A stretch of DNA of 64,000 bases, taken from positions 47,058,001 through 47,122,000 of the forward strand of contig NC_043006.1 of the NCBI RefSeq assembly GCF_006345805.1, given 5' to 3'. Under the pieces are notes generated by a model, which saw nothing but the letters and a program-made list of their open reading frames with translations, did not search any database and was not told where the DNA came from. Positions 1 through 13,749 of the stretch are shown in pieces. Numbering within the stretch: position 1 is the first letter of the stretch; each line of letters opens with the position of its first letter. The position numbers were made by a program, and so were the translations under genes. Origin of the DNA: Octopus sinensis. Lineage: Eukaryota.

Positions 1-77
1 TATTTAAGTAATTTAACAGAATTCCACCATTAACATATAATTACCTCTTAATGTCTTCGTCTTAATTATTAAATTCC

Positions 78-162
<85 letters not shown>

Positions 163-343
163 TGTGGGTACGTACTTCGCTGTGTGTAGTGTAGTATGGG
201 TGATTGTTTTCTTTGCAATACGTTGTCAGTGTTTGCGAACGTTTGCGTGTGCATATGTGTCTATGAGTGCGTATATGAATGTCTATGGCTGTGTACGAGT
301 GTATGTGCGTGTATGTGTGTGTGTGTGTATGTGTGTGTGTGTG
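78..343. repeat. (TA)n/(TG)n compound microsatellite with degenerate TG-rich extension
   Basis: Directly visible; explains ORFs 62..397, 69..254 and 98..436. Confidence 0.95.
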
Positions 344-635
344 TTTCAACTGGTTGAAATAAAATATCTCAACCCGTTTTCTTGTAGTTATACACACTCA
401 ATTATTGTTTTGGTTCTTAATAGCTGCCTTAGATAATATACTAATATACTAATAATATACTAATATACTAATTTTTAAAAGCTTCTGCAACTGTCACTGT
501 TTATATGAATGTGGCCGACCAAAAATATTTTCAGTCAGTTATTGGTTTATACTCTCCAGTAGGTGGCGAGCTGGCAGAAATGTATGTATGTTTGTAATTA
601 TTTAGAACATATAGTAGAAAGGATTGTTATTATTG

Positions 636-809
636 TCTTCTTCTTCTTCTTCTTCTTCTTCTTCTTCTTCTTCTTCTTCTTCTTCTTCTTCTTCTTCTTC
701 TTCTTCTTCTTCTTCTTCTTCTTCTTCTTCTTCTTCTTCTTCTTCTTCGTCTTCTTCTTCTTCTTCTTCTTCTTCTTCTTCTTCTTCTTCTTCTTCTTCT
801 TCTTCTTCC
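636..809. repeat. (TTC)n/(GAA)n microsatellite
   Basis: About 170 bp of near-perfect TTC repeat; source of the poly-F/S/E/K ORFs. Confidence 0.97.
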
Positions 810-1137
810 AATCAGGACTCACGCCATAATTCCAGCCTATTCTAAGCTACTAAGAAAGCGTGTGGGAACTTGAAGATCCACCCACCACACCCGATAGACT
901 GGCGGTTGCACGGGTGCGAAAGCTACGTTGTTTTCCTCATTCCGTAAACGGTGGCTTTTTATGGGTGGGGAGCTGAACAATCCTGGGATACAGGGGATTC
1001 GCAATCATGACTAGGCTCTGAAAATTTACCACACCATAGTGGGTTATACTATGGTTCCTCTGCTTTATGACAGAAGTAGAAAGAAAGAGTGAGAGAAAAT
1101 TGTGGTGAAAGAGTGCAGCGGGGTTCAACACCACCCT

Positions 1138-3650
1138 AATAATTACAGGTATGAACCTGAACTTGTAATCTGGATAGAATAACTACAGATTCCTCAGTAG
1201 TTCAGAATACATGATCTCTTTTTCATTGATTTTCAGCTTTATGTTAACATACGCTGGGCGGTTAAATTTCACAACTGTGCGCAGTTTCTCTTCTCTATCT
1301 TAAATCATTGTATCAGGTCTGTTGTGCTTACATTCTATTGAGGTCTTCACAGGTACATTCCACCAGTATTCCCTTTTTATTATGAGTGGCTATGGCTTCT
1401 ACCATATTGCGGGTTCTTATTTCTTTGTCCTTAGGATTATCCTTCCAACGGATTTCATTACAGAGTAGAGTATCCTAGCTACAACGTAATGTTTCATCGA
1501 TAGATAATACCGTGATGGCATTTTTAGACAACTGCTTATGATGTGGGTGATATCTTCAGTGTGCACTCCAAAAAATCTGCATAGGTCGTCACATCTTGCG
1601 GCTTTTCCTGCATTTGTATCACATTTGTGCATCAGGTACTTGGTTGATATTTCCTGTTCCTGGATTGCAAACGCATATCCTTCAATATGGGAGGTAGTAA
1701 TTCGGCTGTTGGTCCATAATAAACTTCTTTCTACTAACATATCCATGCATAGTCTTCTGCTCATGTAGGCTCATACTTTCATCTGATGATACGTTGCGGT
1801 AGAGTCGTGCGACTTCTTTGGGCATGTATTCTCGGTTATCAGACAAAGAGTGTAGCTCAAGGAACTGCCTTCAAATTCTTAAGATGTTATCAGCCTCATG
1901 AATGCAAACTTGGTCAAGAGATGCACTTCGAATCTTGGTGGTTAAATGATGTTGCCGAAAGGATATGATGCGACATCCAAATGCATTTTCGATCGATGTT
2001 AAGCCTCTGCCACCTTCTTTTCGTTTTAAGTTGAGGCGGTCTACGTCTCAGTTTATGTGGAAATTATGTGTACTTGTTAGCATTTTTCGGGTTTTCACAT
2101 CAATGGCTCGGATCTCATAAAGCATCCAGTCTAGCAGCCCAAATGTTGGTATCAGTACTGGCACTACAAATACATTGTGGGCCACTGTTTTATTAAATGC
2201 AGAAAGTTCTGAGGTACAAATTTTCTTTATTTAGCAGTAATATTAGTGACATGTGTTTTGTTACAAGTGCTATTGTAAGATTTATTTTCATCCACCCGTA
2301 GACACCTGTTACATTCCACATCAGCTACAGGGGAAACGGTCAAATCATTGATGGAGATGTTACTAGCCTGGTTTATGGTTTTCCTCCTTTTCACAACCAT
2401 ATAACAACATTTATTCTGACCAAACTCCAACCCTATATTCTTTGAGAATGTTGTAACTAGGTCAAGGCTCTTTTTCATCTCATGTATTTTTTTTTGCAAA
2501 CAGTTTTAAGTCATTCACAATGAAACAGTATGTAATTTTGGTACTTCTGCTTCTTTGTAAACCAGTGAGATATCCTTCAGGCTTCCTTAACATGAACGAC
2601 AAGGGGTTTACAAAACGTATAAACATCACAGAGACGCTGTCTCCTTCGAGTATGCCCTTGTGATATTGTGTTCTGTCGGTGATAATACAGTCACTCCTTG
2701 TGTTTGATTTCAAGACGGTGGCCTAAGATGAAGCCAGGTCAGCTACGGCTTTGACTATTCTCACTGCAGATTTAGCAAGTTGAAGGGCTTCTAAAATCCA
2801 TGAGTGGGGAACAGAGTCAAAGGCTTTCATGTAGTCTAACCACATTGAAACTAGGTTCCTCCTATGCTCTAGCACCCTTCACATCACAATTTTGTTGATT
2901 AACAATTGCCCGGCACATTCCCAGACTCCTTCTTCGCAGTCGCTTGTTTTGTTGTGATAATGTTATTTGTTTCACAATGGTTCTGTAGGAAGAAGTTTAA
3001 ATATATTGTACATATCTTATACATTAAGTACTGGCAGTTTTTTGCCATGTGGGTAGTTCAGCATTTGGGCATCAATTTTGTCTCTGCCAGAGTTAATCAG
3101 TGTGGCATGCAAATGTTCCCAGTGAAAGCTTGATGGTACAGATTGATAAGATATGGACGGTACAATGTTAGCTTCTTGTACCAAAATCCAACAATCAAGT
3201 CTCTTTCATGTACTTTTCCATCCTGGAGTTTCTGGATCACAGAGTTTCACCATCAATGTTTTATGTCTTGGACGTCACGCAGGTGCAATAACTTTTTCGG
3301 ATTTCTTCCGGTCATAGAGCACCTTGGTTTAAATTCCTTCTCGTCACTCCAGATTTTCCTCCAGATTGAGTCTACGTGTTCTCATGGAGGAGCTTCCATG
3401 ATGTTTAATGCTTCTCCTCTTATGTCTCAGCATACTGCTGCCTGGTTGCGATTAAAGTTTTTGTTTATTGTTCTTCACTGACAGCTTTTAGCTCCTGCTT
3501 GAAAGTAATCAGTTTGCAAGTGAGTGTCCTCTTTCTGCTGTCTCTAAACATCATTTCTCTGTCCTTCTTTATTTTCTGTTGGTGGGACGTATAGTGATTT
3601 GCATGTTTGCGTCCAATACGCATTATTACATGACTGATGGCCTTCAGTAA
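1138..3650 (-). mobile_element. Decayed non-LTR retrotransposon of the R4/Dong (RLE) type: RT + CCHC + restriction-like endonuclease
   Basis: Minus-strand translations: RT motifs GILEGDSVS..VNPLS (cf. GIFQGDSLSP..LNPLS), ITYCFIVNDLKLFAK (cf. HLLYMDDLKLY) and FSKNIGLEFGQNKC; zinc-knuckle region AIQEQEI..CRF..EDITHIISSC..Y..KHYVVA; RLE region HNRPDTMI*DREKK..EKEIMYSEL..IPVII at about 1140-1330. Many stops and frameshifts. Confidence 0.9.
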
Positions 3651-3654
3651 CCAT

Positions 3655-3792
3655 GTGTGTATGTATGTATGTGTGTATGTATGTATGTATGTATTTATGT
3701 ATGTGTGTGTGTATGTAGGTATGTATGTGTGTGTGTATGTATGTATGTATGTATTTATGCATGTATGCTGTATCAGTCTATGTTTCCATCTC

Positions 3793-3865
<73 letters not shown>

Positions 3866-3911
3866 GTATCTATCTATCTATCTATCTATGTATCTATCTA
3901 TCTATCTATCT
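3655..3911. repeat. (TATG)n and (TATC)n microsatellites
   Basis: Directly visible. Confidence 0.95.
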
Positions 3912-4677
3912 GTTAGATTTTGAATCACTGCTACAAAGCCACTGGAGAAAGATTGGTTCCGTCTATTGAAAATAATCTGCTTTTTATCTGCTTATTTTTT
4001 TGAAGTTTTATTTACTTTGCAAAAACATAATGGGAGGTTTGTAAAACGTTATTCTGCGAAAATAGAGGGCCTGAGTTTCTGAAGATTGATAGACACTATT
4101 AATGTTATGAGCAGCAGCATCGATTTGCGAAATTTCTCCGACTCATCTGACATATCAGAACTCTGTAAGTACATGATAGAATTATTATTAAATCATCGAA
4201 CAGCCAGAATTATGAGAGCAACGGATGTAATCCGTCGGTGCATTTTTACTCACAGTAGCGTGCTTTGAAACAACACGGAGATCAACATTACATTCGCATT
4301 TTACATTTTCGAGATTGATAAATAAATTATCAGTAAAGAGCAACAGGAAGACGCTTTGCGCCTTCTTATCCGACGTTCTAACAATGTTACCAATGTGACT
4401 CTTTCCTACAGATTTTTGAGTTCTGAGTCCAAACCCTAATTTAGCTAACTCCGATGTCAGGTAGATTTTTTTCGCTTGATTTAATACCTCTATATTGTAT
4501 ATTTAATACCTCTACCTTATATTTGGGTTTGGTTTTAGAATTTATCTAATTTTTTAAAAAATCACAGTAAAATATAATTTTGTTAATGCGGTTTCCATAT
4601 CTATTTTTATATGTATACGTACCGAAGGGGAATGAAATTGTCCATATATGTGTGCGTGTGTGTCTTTTTTTAAATTT

Positions 4678-4815
4678 TTTTCAGTCATTTGACTGCGGCC
4701 TTGCTGGAGCACCTCCTTTAGTCGAGCAAATCGACCTTTGGACTTATTCTTTGTAAGCCTAGTACTTATTTTATCGGTCTCTCTTGCCGAACCGCTAGTT
4801 GACGGGGACACATAT
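4678..4815 (-). mobile_element. SINE family B, 3' half
   Basis: Reverse complement of the 3' half of the copy at 32451-32846 (tcagtcatttgactgcggcc..gctggagcacc..tttagtcgagcaaatcgacc..gtaagcctagtactta). Confidence 0.85.
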
Positions 4816-5857
4816 CCGTTAAGAACCACAGCGAGATCAGAGCGCCATTTCCTCCAAATTGATATGAATTCCAAACAATTGCAGAAAACCACCAAGAAAG
4901 TATGCATGCCATGTGGAAGTAGCTGAATGTGACTGTGGTTGAAAACTGACCGCATGTGAAACCTTTTCAGGGGCGAAAACTAATTTCGTCCCTGCTACTC
5001 CACTGAGGCCTGGCGAAACATTTCTGAAACTGAGATGTTGCTGATAGGGGAAGTTTCCCGATATTTCGATGGCTTCAGAGGAAGGGTTCCCTGAGTAGCT
5101 CCTGTAGTTTCCGCGCACTAAAGAATCTTCAGTGTTTATTTCACCAGTAAAATTAATTCGTCTATTATTATAATAGATTCAAGCAAGATTCGAAACAAAG
5201 TCTTCAAATATATTTGTAACGAAAATTAGTCTCCGTTTTAAAGTCACTGGTCAATTTGCATTTAAAATATCAGTATATACTATACCTGGTAAGAGATAGA
5301 GAAATTAATTAATTAAGGTGACTTTCTGAATATCGGATATCAGCATCCTTCTGAAGTTTATAGTAAATATGAGATTTCCTTGGAGAGTAACTGTCTGGCT
5401 GATATTAATATATTGCCGATGTCTTCAATGTTTCCTCTCTTAGAATTTCATTAATTTGTAATTAAAATATTATTTTATGTACTATTTAAGTAATTATCTT
5501 ACACTGATTAAATTTCAGGTTTAATTTCAGTCTAATTAAATTTAGGGTGGTTGAGTCTGATGTATTACCATTTGAGATAAGCACACAAAAAAATAAACAT
5601 ATAGAAATAAGATCGCACTTATAAATGTATGTATACTTACACACATACATACATACACGCACATATACATGTATTTGTGTATGTGTGTGAGTATGTATGT
5701 ATCTATATATATATATATATATTTACATATATGTACTAAATTTATTCATATGAAATCAAGTACACTTACTAGACACATATACATAATCACATTCGTATCT
5801 CCTATACGCATTCCGCAAAAGTATATCACATGCACAAACAGACACGCACATATATAG

Positions 5858-5906
<49 letters not shown>

Positions 5907-6014
5907 ATGGAAGATAGTTTTGTATGCATGTATAAGTGTATGGGTGACTATGCTTATACACATACACGCACACAAACATACGCACGCATTCTTCTAATTT
6001 TGTATATGTGTTGC

Positions 6015-6018
<4 letters not shown>

Positions 6019-6074
<56 letters not shown>
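6019..6074. repeat. (GA)n microsatellite
   Basis: Directly visible. Confidence 0.95.
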
Positions 6075-6078
<4 letters not shown>

Positions 6079-6329
6079 GTGTTCATTTGAATACGTATCT
6101 ATGTCGGGCATTTCAATACAGCGATATGACGGTTATGCTTATAACTTTCTCAAAAGTATTGACCATGAAAGTGAAGGAACAAGAATCCTTAACGTGTTGC
6201 AGACACAGTTGGTGAGTGACATACGTTTTAATAGCTAATAAATTTATTTTGACATTTTGGTTTAGTTTCCCTTACGCATTCAATCATGTAAAAATGCTTT
6301 GAACAACTTTAGTAATAGCCGTTAGATAG

Positions 6330-6450
6330 CGGTGGTGGTAGTAGTTGTAGTAGTAGTAGTAGTAGTTGTTGTTGTAGTGGTTTAGGTGTAGTAGTAGTAG
6401 TAGTAGTAGTAGTCGCAGCAGCAGCAGTTCTTGTAGTAGTAGCAGCAACT

Positions 6451-6490
<40 letters not shown>
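6330..6490. repeat. (TAG)n/(CAG)n imperfect microsatellite
   Basis: Directly visible. Confidence 0.9.
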
Positions 6491-6875
6491 CGATGGCTTC
6501 TAATTGTCTTTGTTTGGAGTTTCAGACCTAGGATTGGCCTCACCGAGCAACCATATGCAGGTTCAAAGTTATCCCATTCTAGATATATGTACCTATCTCT
6601 GCCCAGGTTATTTGGCTGTTATATCCTGTGGATATTTATCTTGCTTGTTACTTTATTATAATGATTGGTAATTTGGGCTAGGTTTGTTCTTATTCCTTGT
6701 AGAACTTATGAATAGCGAATTACCACCTGTAACCTGATATATTCACAAGTTTTCAGTAGTCTTTCAAGCCCTTAAAACCCTTCTATCCAGTCCCTAAGAA
6801 GCAGACTTTTTTTAGAAGCTCCACGGGGCATTCTATTTGAATCTACTTTAATCATAATATTCTTATTATCTCTGA

Positions 6876-7098
6876 GGCGTCGAGTTGGCAGAATCGCTAG
6901 CATACCGGGCAAAATGCTTAGCGGCATTTCGTCCGCCTGTACATTCTGAGTTCAAATTCTACCGACAGCCACTTTACCTTTCATCCTTTTGGTACCAAAT
7001 AATTAAGTACTTGTGAAACACTGGGGTGGAGGTAATCGACTAGTCTTCTCCCCCAAAATTTCAGGACTTTGGTCTTTAATAGACAGGATTATTATTAT
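6876..7098 (+). mobile_element. SINE family A (tRNA-derived head, Meta-like core), short-tail subfamily
   Basis: Head ggcg.cgag.tggcagaa, B-box gagttcaaatt, core ctttcatcctttt..taagtac..ctgggg..aatcgact, tail cccccaaaatttcagg..(att)n; matches copies at 25136 and 36937. Confidence 0.85.
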
Positions 7099-8390
7099 CA
7101 GGTCATTTAGAATGAAATGTCCGATTTTCTTATGCACAAAGTTTAATGGTCGTCAACTCTAATGTTTTATCCTGAGAATTTTTTTATACAACATTGAAGA
7201 ATTACATCATCACTTTTCGAAACGCAATTCATCGTATCTGAATACATTGTGATTTTTCTGATGTGAATCAATTTTTGTTAACATTATTAGTTTGGCATCA
7301 TCATCAGCAGATAAGAAAGTTATCTGTGAAACTTTGTTCCGATTTGAAACAGAATTGCATAGAATCACACTGCTCTTTCAAATTTTATTCCCTACCTCTT
7401 TCCTCAAACAATGACACCGCTTCTGCAGTAAAGTATTTTCTTTCTCGCATGTATAAATTGTTAATTAACCGACTGTGATAGCTATTTAATTAAAGGATAA
7501 GTAGACCTATGCACAACACTGCACTTGCGAAATGACTGCACCGGTCGGTTTAAATTTAGAAGTCACACAACCACCACACGTCACCCTAATACCACACGCA
7601 CTCAACTCACATATACCACGCACGTATGCACATGCCCACAAACATACACACATACACACATTTTTGTAATCAATCTAAACTAAAATATAAAAGCCTTTAT
7701 AAATTATGAGTCAATTCGTACATACTCGTCGTTTAAATGTATCATGCTTGAACACACGTTTACACACGTACATACGTATATATTACGCATAAATATGTAT
7801 GCGTATTTGTCTGTTTGCGTGGCTGTGATTGTGAATAAATGTTTGAATATTGTATGTATGTATGTATGTGTGTGAGTGTGATGACATTTGCCATTTCTGC
7901 TTCAATGATTTGAGTAGCAATAAACTAGTTGATACATTTCAATAAATTATTTCTATCCATTACATTATATACCATTGCACCGATTTGAAACTAGTCAATG
8001 CCATTTGGATATCTCACTCTTGGGGCTTTACTCACAATGTAAAACGACTCTCTGCACCGAAAGCAATGATATCTACACAAGATTAAGTTATATGATCTTC
8101 CCTTATAAACCTTTCATTACAGTCTCTACGGAATGAATATAACTTCCATTTTTCTCCACACAATTTCTCTACTAAAAACTTCCCTTTATATTTCTCTGCG
8201 CGTAACAGAACACAAAAAAACAATGATGCAATAAGGGTTTTTCAAAAATAATCATTTCACATAATATAAATGTCTCAGTTCTAAATTCTCGTAACATTAA
8301 TAGATTTTCATCCTGAGTTGCTATCAACCCGCTCAATATAACTCAATATAACTTTTGAGACTTCGCCTGACTTATTCTGTAAATTGGAAT

Positions 8391-8740
8391 GCAGGAGTGG
8401 CTGTGTGGTAAGAAGTATGCTTCTCAACCACATGGTTCCGGGTTCAGTCCCATTGAAGGGCAACGTGGGCAAGTGCATTCTACTGTAGCCTCACGTCGAC
8501 CAAAGCCTTTTGAGTAGAATTGGTTGACGGGAACTGCAAAAGTCCATCGTATATATATATAAATATATGAAGGGAATGTTCTTTATGTATGTTGCATGTC
8601 TCGTTTCTGTATTTCTTTGTTTCGTTGTTAAAAAAAAAACGCTTTCTATGTTTTTGCTTTCTATGTTCTCGTTTCGAATATTGTTGACGATTTTTTGATG
8701 TCCTGTACTAATATATGCATGTATATATACATACATATAC

Positions 8741-8835
<95 letters not shown>

Positions 8836-8904
8836 ACATACATATATACATACATACATACATATATATATATGTATGTATATGCATATAATGTATGTAT
8901 ATAT

Positions 8905-8947
<43 letters not shown>

Positions 8948-9216
8948 GTATTATTGGTAAAGAGGACAACAAACGTTAAGGCAAGACAAATATCTCAAGT
9001 AGCATACAAGATTATTATTGGTAAAAATAAGCATATTGTATACGACTGGAGATGTCTGCCTTCTTAGCTTTTCTTGTCCTCATTAACACATATATATCCG
9101 CTGCATCGAAAATCTGCTATTGCTTCATAACTACCGTCCCGGCTATAAACTTGGAGCCCTAGTAATACGTTGCAGCACTTACCTAGCGATTCAAATCGTT
9201 ATGATCAGCTGATACT

Positions 9217-9283
<67 letters not shown>

Positions 9284-9515
9284 TATATATATATGTATAT
9301 ACATGTATAGTATGTATGTATTTGTCACCTCCATCATCGCTTGACAACCAATGTTGGCGTGTTTCCGTCCCCGTAAGTTAGAGGTTCGGCAAAAGAAAGC
9401 CGGTAGAATAAGTACTAGGCTTACAAAGGTAAGTGCTGGGGGTCGATTTGTTCGATTAAATGCGTTGCCCCAGCATGGCCGCAGTGAAATGACTGAAAGA
9501 AGTAAAGGAAATAAA
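8391..9515 (+). mobile_element. SINE family B (tRNA head + CORE-like segment) split by insertions in its internal (TA)n spacer
   Basis: 5' half 8391-8551 (gcaggagtggctgtgtggtaag..ggttccgggttcagtccca..gggcaagt) and 3' half about 9320-9515 match the intact copy at 32451. Confidence 0.85.
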
Positions 9516-11361
9516 GTATAAAATACTTTAAGACGAACTTGACTGAAATCTCTACATGTTGCTTAATCAAATGGAAAGCGATTAAAACGGGAATTACGAC
9601 AAGTAATTTTATACTTTTCAGTTCTAAATATATTGCGACCAGATGCAGTGAATGGAATGTTTTTGATCACATGGGACTCGATCGCAGACCTGTTTCATGG
9701 CAATTGGTCCTGGGATACACATACTATTCAAAAAGCCCAATATGAAAAGCACATTTAAAATGAAATGACATTTGTATACTACAAATTTGAAAGAAAATAC
9801 TTTTCATTTCCCCTTTCTGAACAGATTATCATCAGTATATCCTTATAGGATACGTAAATGTTTATTATTTCTGTTAGTATTTCAGGGTGAAAATGTTAAG
9901 TGATGGCCTGAAGAGTATCTGCTTATGACATTTGAATGGTTCAACATTAAGAATGAATGGACCGCAGAATATTTTGAAATGATAAAAATTGTTTAAGTTA
10001 ATCGTTTAGAGTGACGAAAACTAGGTTATAAAGAGATAGTATTAGATAAGGATGCTTTCATATTCAGAAATTTTACACTCCGAAATAAAGTAAAGCTTCA
10101 TTCTAAAACCACTCAGATATCGAGGCAAGCGCTTTGATTTTAATTACCATCGACGTTTCCTCGACTGGCCTTTAATGAACAGGATTTGCTGACGCTAGGG
10201 AAACATTTTCGATTTAGGGTAGTCACAGCGAATGCACTAAACATTCAGGAAATATCATACATACATACATACATACTTATATATATATATATACATATAT
10301 AGGTGTGTGTATGCCTGCGTGTGTATATATAGATAGATATAGATATACGTATGTGTGTGCGCACGTGTGTGTGTATTCTGAGGATTCTAAACGTATTCTA
10401 ATGTAATCATTATTTTCCTTTGTACATCCTGATCATTTTCCATACAAGGCTTTTAAAATGCAAAATTATATATTTATATGTTTTGTAATTTTGCTTGTGA
10501 AATGAAACAACTGCAGGTGAATATGTTGATTAATTAATACATTAATTTGTATCTATTATATCTCTCTTTTTTCTAACTCGATAACAATGTTTGATATTTT
10601 ACGATATTTTATGTAATATATCCATTGAAGAAATATCTCTGCAAAATATAATATATTAAACCAGTGTATTTTGGATTAATATTACCTATAAGAGGAGACG
10701 GGAAGTTAATTTTTTTATTATTAACAGCAAATTCGTCTTCTTCCCTTACAGCTGTTTCAATTAATAATCAGTAAATATTAAGTAAATATTAAATGTATAT
10801 TTATATGACATGAGCAGAATATCTTCGGAAGAAAAAAAAACATACCATTGGAAATATGTATTCGTATGTGTTTATGGATTCATTATTAGCAGACTGAAAG
10901 ATACGGTTTATGATTTGTATTGTTATATGGTGGGGCGAGGGTTTACAGGTTGACTGGAAATAAGAGAGTTGGTAAATAGAATTAGAAAAATAGATGAATA
11001 AATTAAACAGAGACAAGAGAGCAAATTTAAATATAAATATGGTAAGTTTATAGTTAATAAAATAATGGAATATTAGTTTAAAAGGTATATATATATAAAT
11101 CACGCACACACACGCACAAAGTGGGATAGAATTTAAAGTAACTGTTAATATAATTTACTTTACGGTATGTTTGAATTAAGATTGCTTCTACGTTCCCCAT
11201 TCTTATAAACACCAAGTAGATATTTAACTCGCTTCCTGATCAGGAGAGCATCAAACCTCATGTGTGTGTAAGCTCACGTTTTCGCGGATACTTGTATGAG
11301 TGAATTTCCACGCGTCATGCAGCTTGCATAATGGCGTTTCCACATCCATATTTGTTAACGG

Positions 11362-11699
11362 TTATTACCTCCACCTTAGTAGGTATTGTTTCAGTCGTGT
11401 TTGTTCGTTTGTTTGTCTGTGGGGAAGATATCTCAAGAATGGCTGAATAGATTCGGATAAACCTCAAGTTTTGTCCTTGTGACTGGCACAAACTAATTAG
11501 ATTTTGGGATTCTGGATTATTTTTCTGATTTCTTACTTAATTTTTAAGAGCGTTCAAGGTTCTTTTTTTAGTATTTTCGTTTGTGAGAGCAGTCGAGTTC
11601 ATTTCAGATATTCTCATTTTAAAAATCATCTCTAGTTAATTGTTGAGAGGACGTTGGTGTTGACTTGGCAGAGGTTTGCGCTCTCTGAGTGATCTTGTT
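11362..11699 (+). mobile_element. Non-autonomous Helentron-associated (HINE/DINE-1-like) element
   Basis: Starts ttattacctccacc..aggt, followed by a gtttgtttgtctgt microsatellite; ends cttggcagaggt (subterminal inverted repeat of the start) plus a short hairpin gcgctctctgagtg. This is the known HINE layout. Confidence 0.65.
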
Positions 11700-12104
11700 C
11701 TTAATACTTTTCTTGTTGTATTGTGGGTTCGTTTCTCTTTTCCATGTGTGATTTTAGTTTTGATTTTCTATATAAATGAAGTTATTTCCTCCATCTTACT
11801 GTTTTTCTTTCTACAAAATGAGAAGATACATTGCGGAACTGTTATTTCAACGAGTTGTGTCTATTTGTCATCCAACAAGATACATCTTCATCACCTGATG
11901 CTGCTGAACCATTTACTGAGTGTCCCACCCGTCATAGATCGATGCTAGATATTTCGAAACAATTGTGGTTATTGATGATAAATTCTCGTATATTCCATCT
12001 TCCGTCATTCCCTTGCCATATATATGTATATATTTATTTATACTCGACTACTATGAAACCCAATACACATATCTTGGGCAAATAATCTGCTTAAAGGATA
12101 AAAA

Positions 12105-12222
12105 TGAGACGAAAGAAACTGGGATTTATTTTATCGACCCCGGTTTGATGAAAGGCAAAACCGACCGGAAAAGAATTTGAACTCAGACCGTAAAAAACGC
12201 CAGGCAAAATGCTGTTAAGCGT
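12105..12222 (-). mobile_element. SINE family A fragment
   Basis: tttatcgacccc..gatgaaaggcaaaa..gaatttgaactcaga is the reverse complement of the family A core. Confidence 0.7.
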
Positions 12223-13489
12223 ATTGGATGGAACATTGATTTGTTAGTAGGGAAACAAGAGAAAGTGTCTCCGATATCCATTATGATAGGGAAATTGCCT
12301 CATGTCCAAAAGTCTTGCAGCAGCTTTTCCTGAAGAGCATTGTAATATTAGTAAGATGCAATGCTTAATGTCAGATTTTACTACACAGATTAAGTAATGT
12401 TGCTTCACTCTAGTTCTCTAATATAAGTCCCATAGCAATAATTTAATACGTTATTATTAGAAATATATTTATAATTGCTATCTTAAACAAAAAACGACTC
12501 ATAAAATGTTCTAAATGCTATTTACAAATGAAAAAAATGCTGTGTAAATATGCGTAAATAATTCACTATATGTATATGTAATGGTGGGGGAGGAATTTCT
12601 TCTGCAGTATGTTAAATTATACGAATGGCTGATTGTGTTTGTGCTTACACAGAAGAAATAATCTACTTACAGCAAGCTATAATTCCCTTCTATTTTGCCT
12701 GCCACCTACATATTAAACATTTTTTTTCCTATTCGCTTCTATTGAATTTTCCATTTATTTCAAGGAGCCATAATTACCAAGGATTTTAGTAATTGTTATT
12801 CCTATTTAAACATCAACAAATGTTCACTAGATTGAAGAAAAATATCCAAATAAATAGAATCGTATAATAGGCTTTTTTCTCCTTCTTCACTAAAGACCTC
12901 AAAGAAAATACCTCATTGAAAGAGCAGCAAAATTATTTTCGAACAAGTTACATGCAACAATTTAGAAGTTAAATCCATTTACAAGATAAATCTACATGCA
13001 TGCTGAAATATTGTACATATAAATGCGAAAATACAAACATACAATCACGTACACAAATACATAAATGCATGCGCGCTCGAGAGATTGTATGTTCCTTCTC
13101 TTATTTCCTTCGTCTCTGTGGATCTATCGATCAACATATTTTTCGCTGAAACTATACGGTTCATTCATTTTAAAATTCTATAGCGCTATTTTTTTTCACA
13201 AATTCATAAGTATCGATTCATATATACACATACTTCTCTTCTTTCGTATGTACATACATGCTTACATGCACACATATACATATCTACGTACACACACACG
13301 CACGCACATACATGCACACACACACAGGAACATATATAAATATGCAATATATATACAGATGCAATATATATACAGATATGCAATATATATACATATGCAA
13401 TATATATACAGATATATAAATATATGTATATACATATGTATATATGTTATATAGATATATATAAATATATATAGAGAGAGAGAGACATA

Positions 13490-13491
13490 CA

Positions 13492-13558
<67 letters not shown>

Positions 13559-13563
13559 ATCTA

Positions 13564-13607
<44 letters not shown>

Positions 13608-13612
13608 ACTAT

Positions 13613-13670
<58 letters not shown>
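13490..13670. repeat. (TATC)n-(TGTC)n-(TC)n-(TA)n compound microsatellite
   Basis: Directly visible. Confidence 0.95.
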
Positions 13671-13671
<1 letters not shown>

Positions 13672-13749
13672 ATAAATATTAGGGAATAAATCCAAATTTA
13701 CAGGGAAAAAATCAGATTTAGGATTAAATCCAATTTTATAGTAAAATAT

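Noticed and set aside
4738-4926. ORF with signal-peptide-like start MDLFFVSLVLILSVSLAEP
   Set aside because: The hydrophobic start is antisense SINE family B sequence, and the start codon is TTG.
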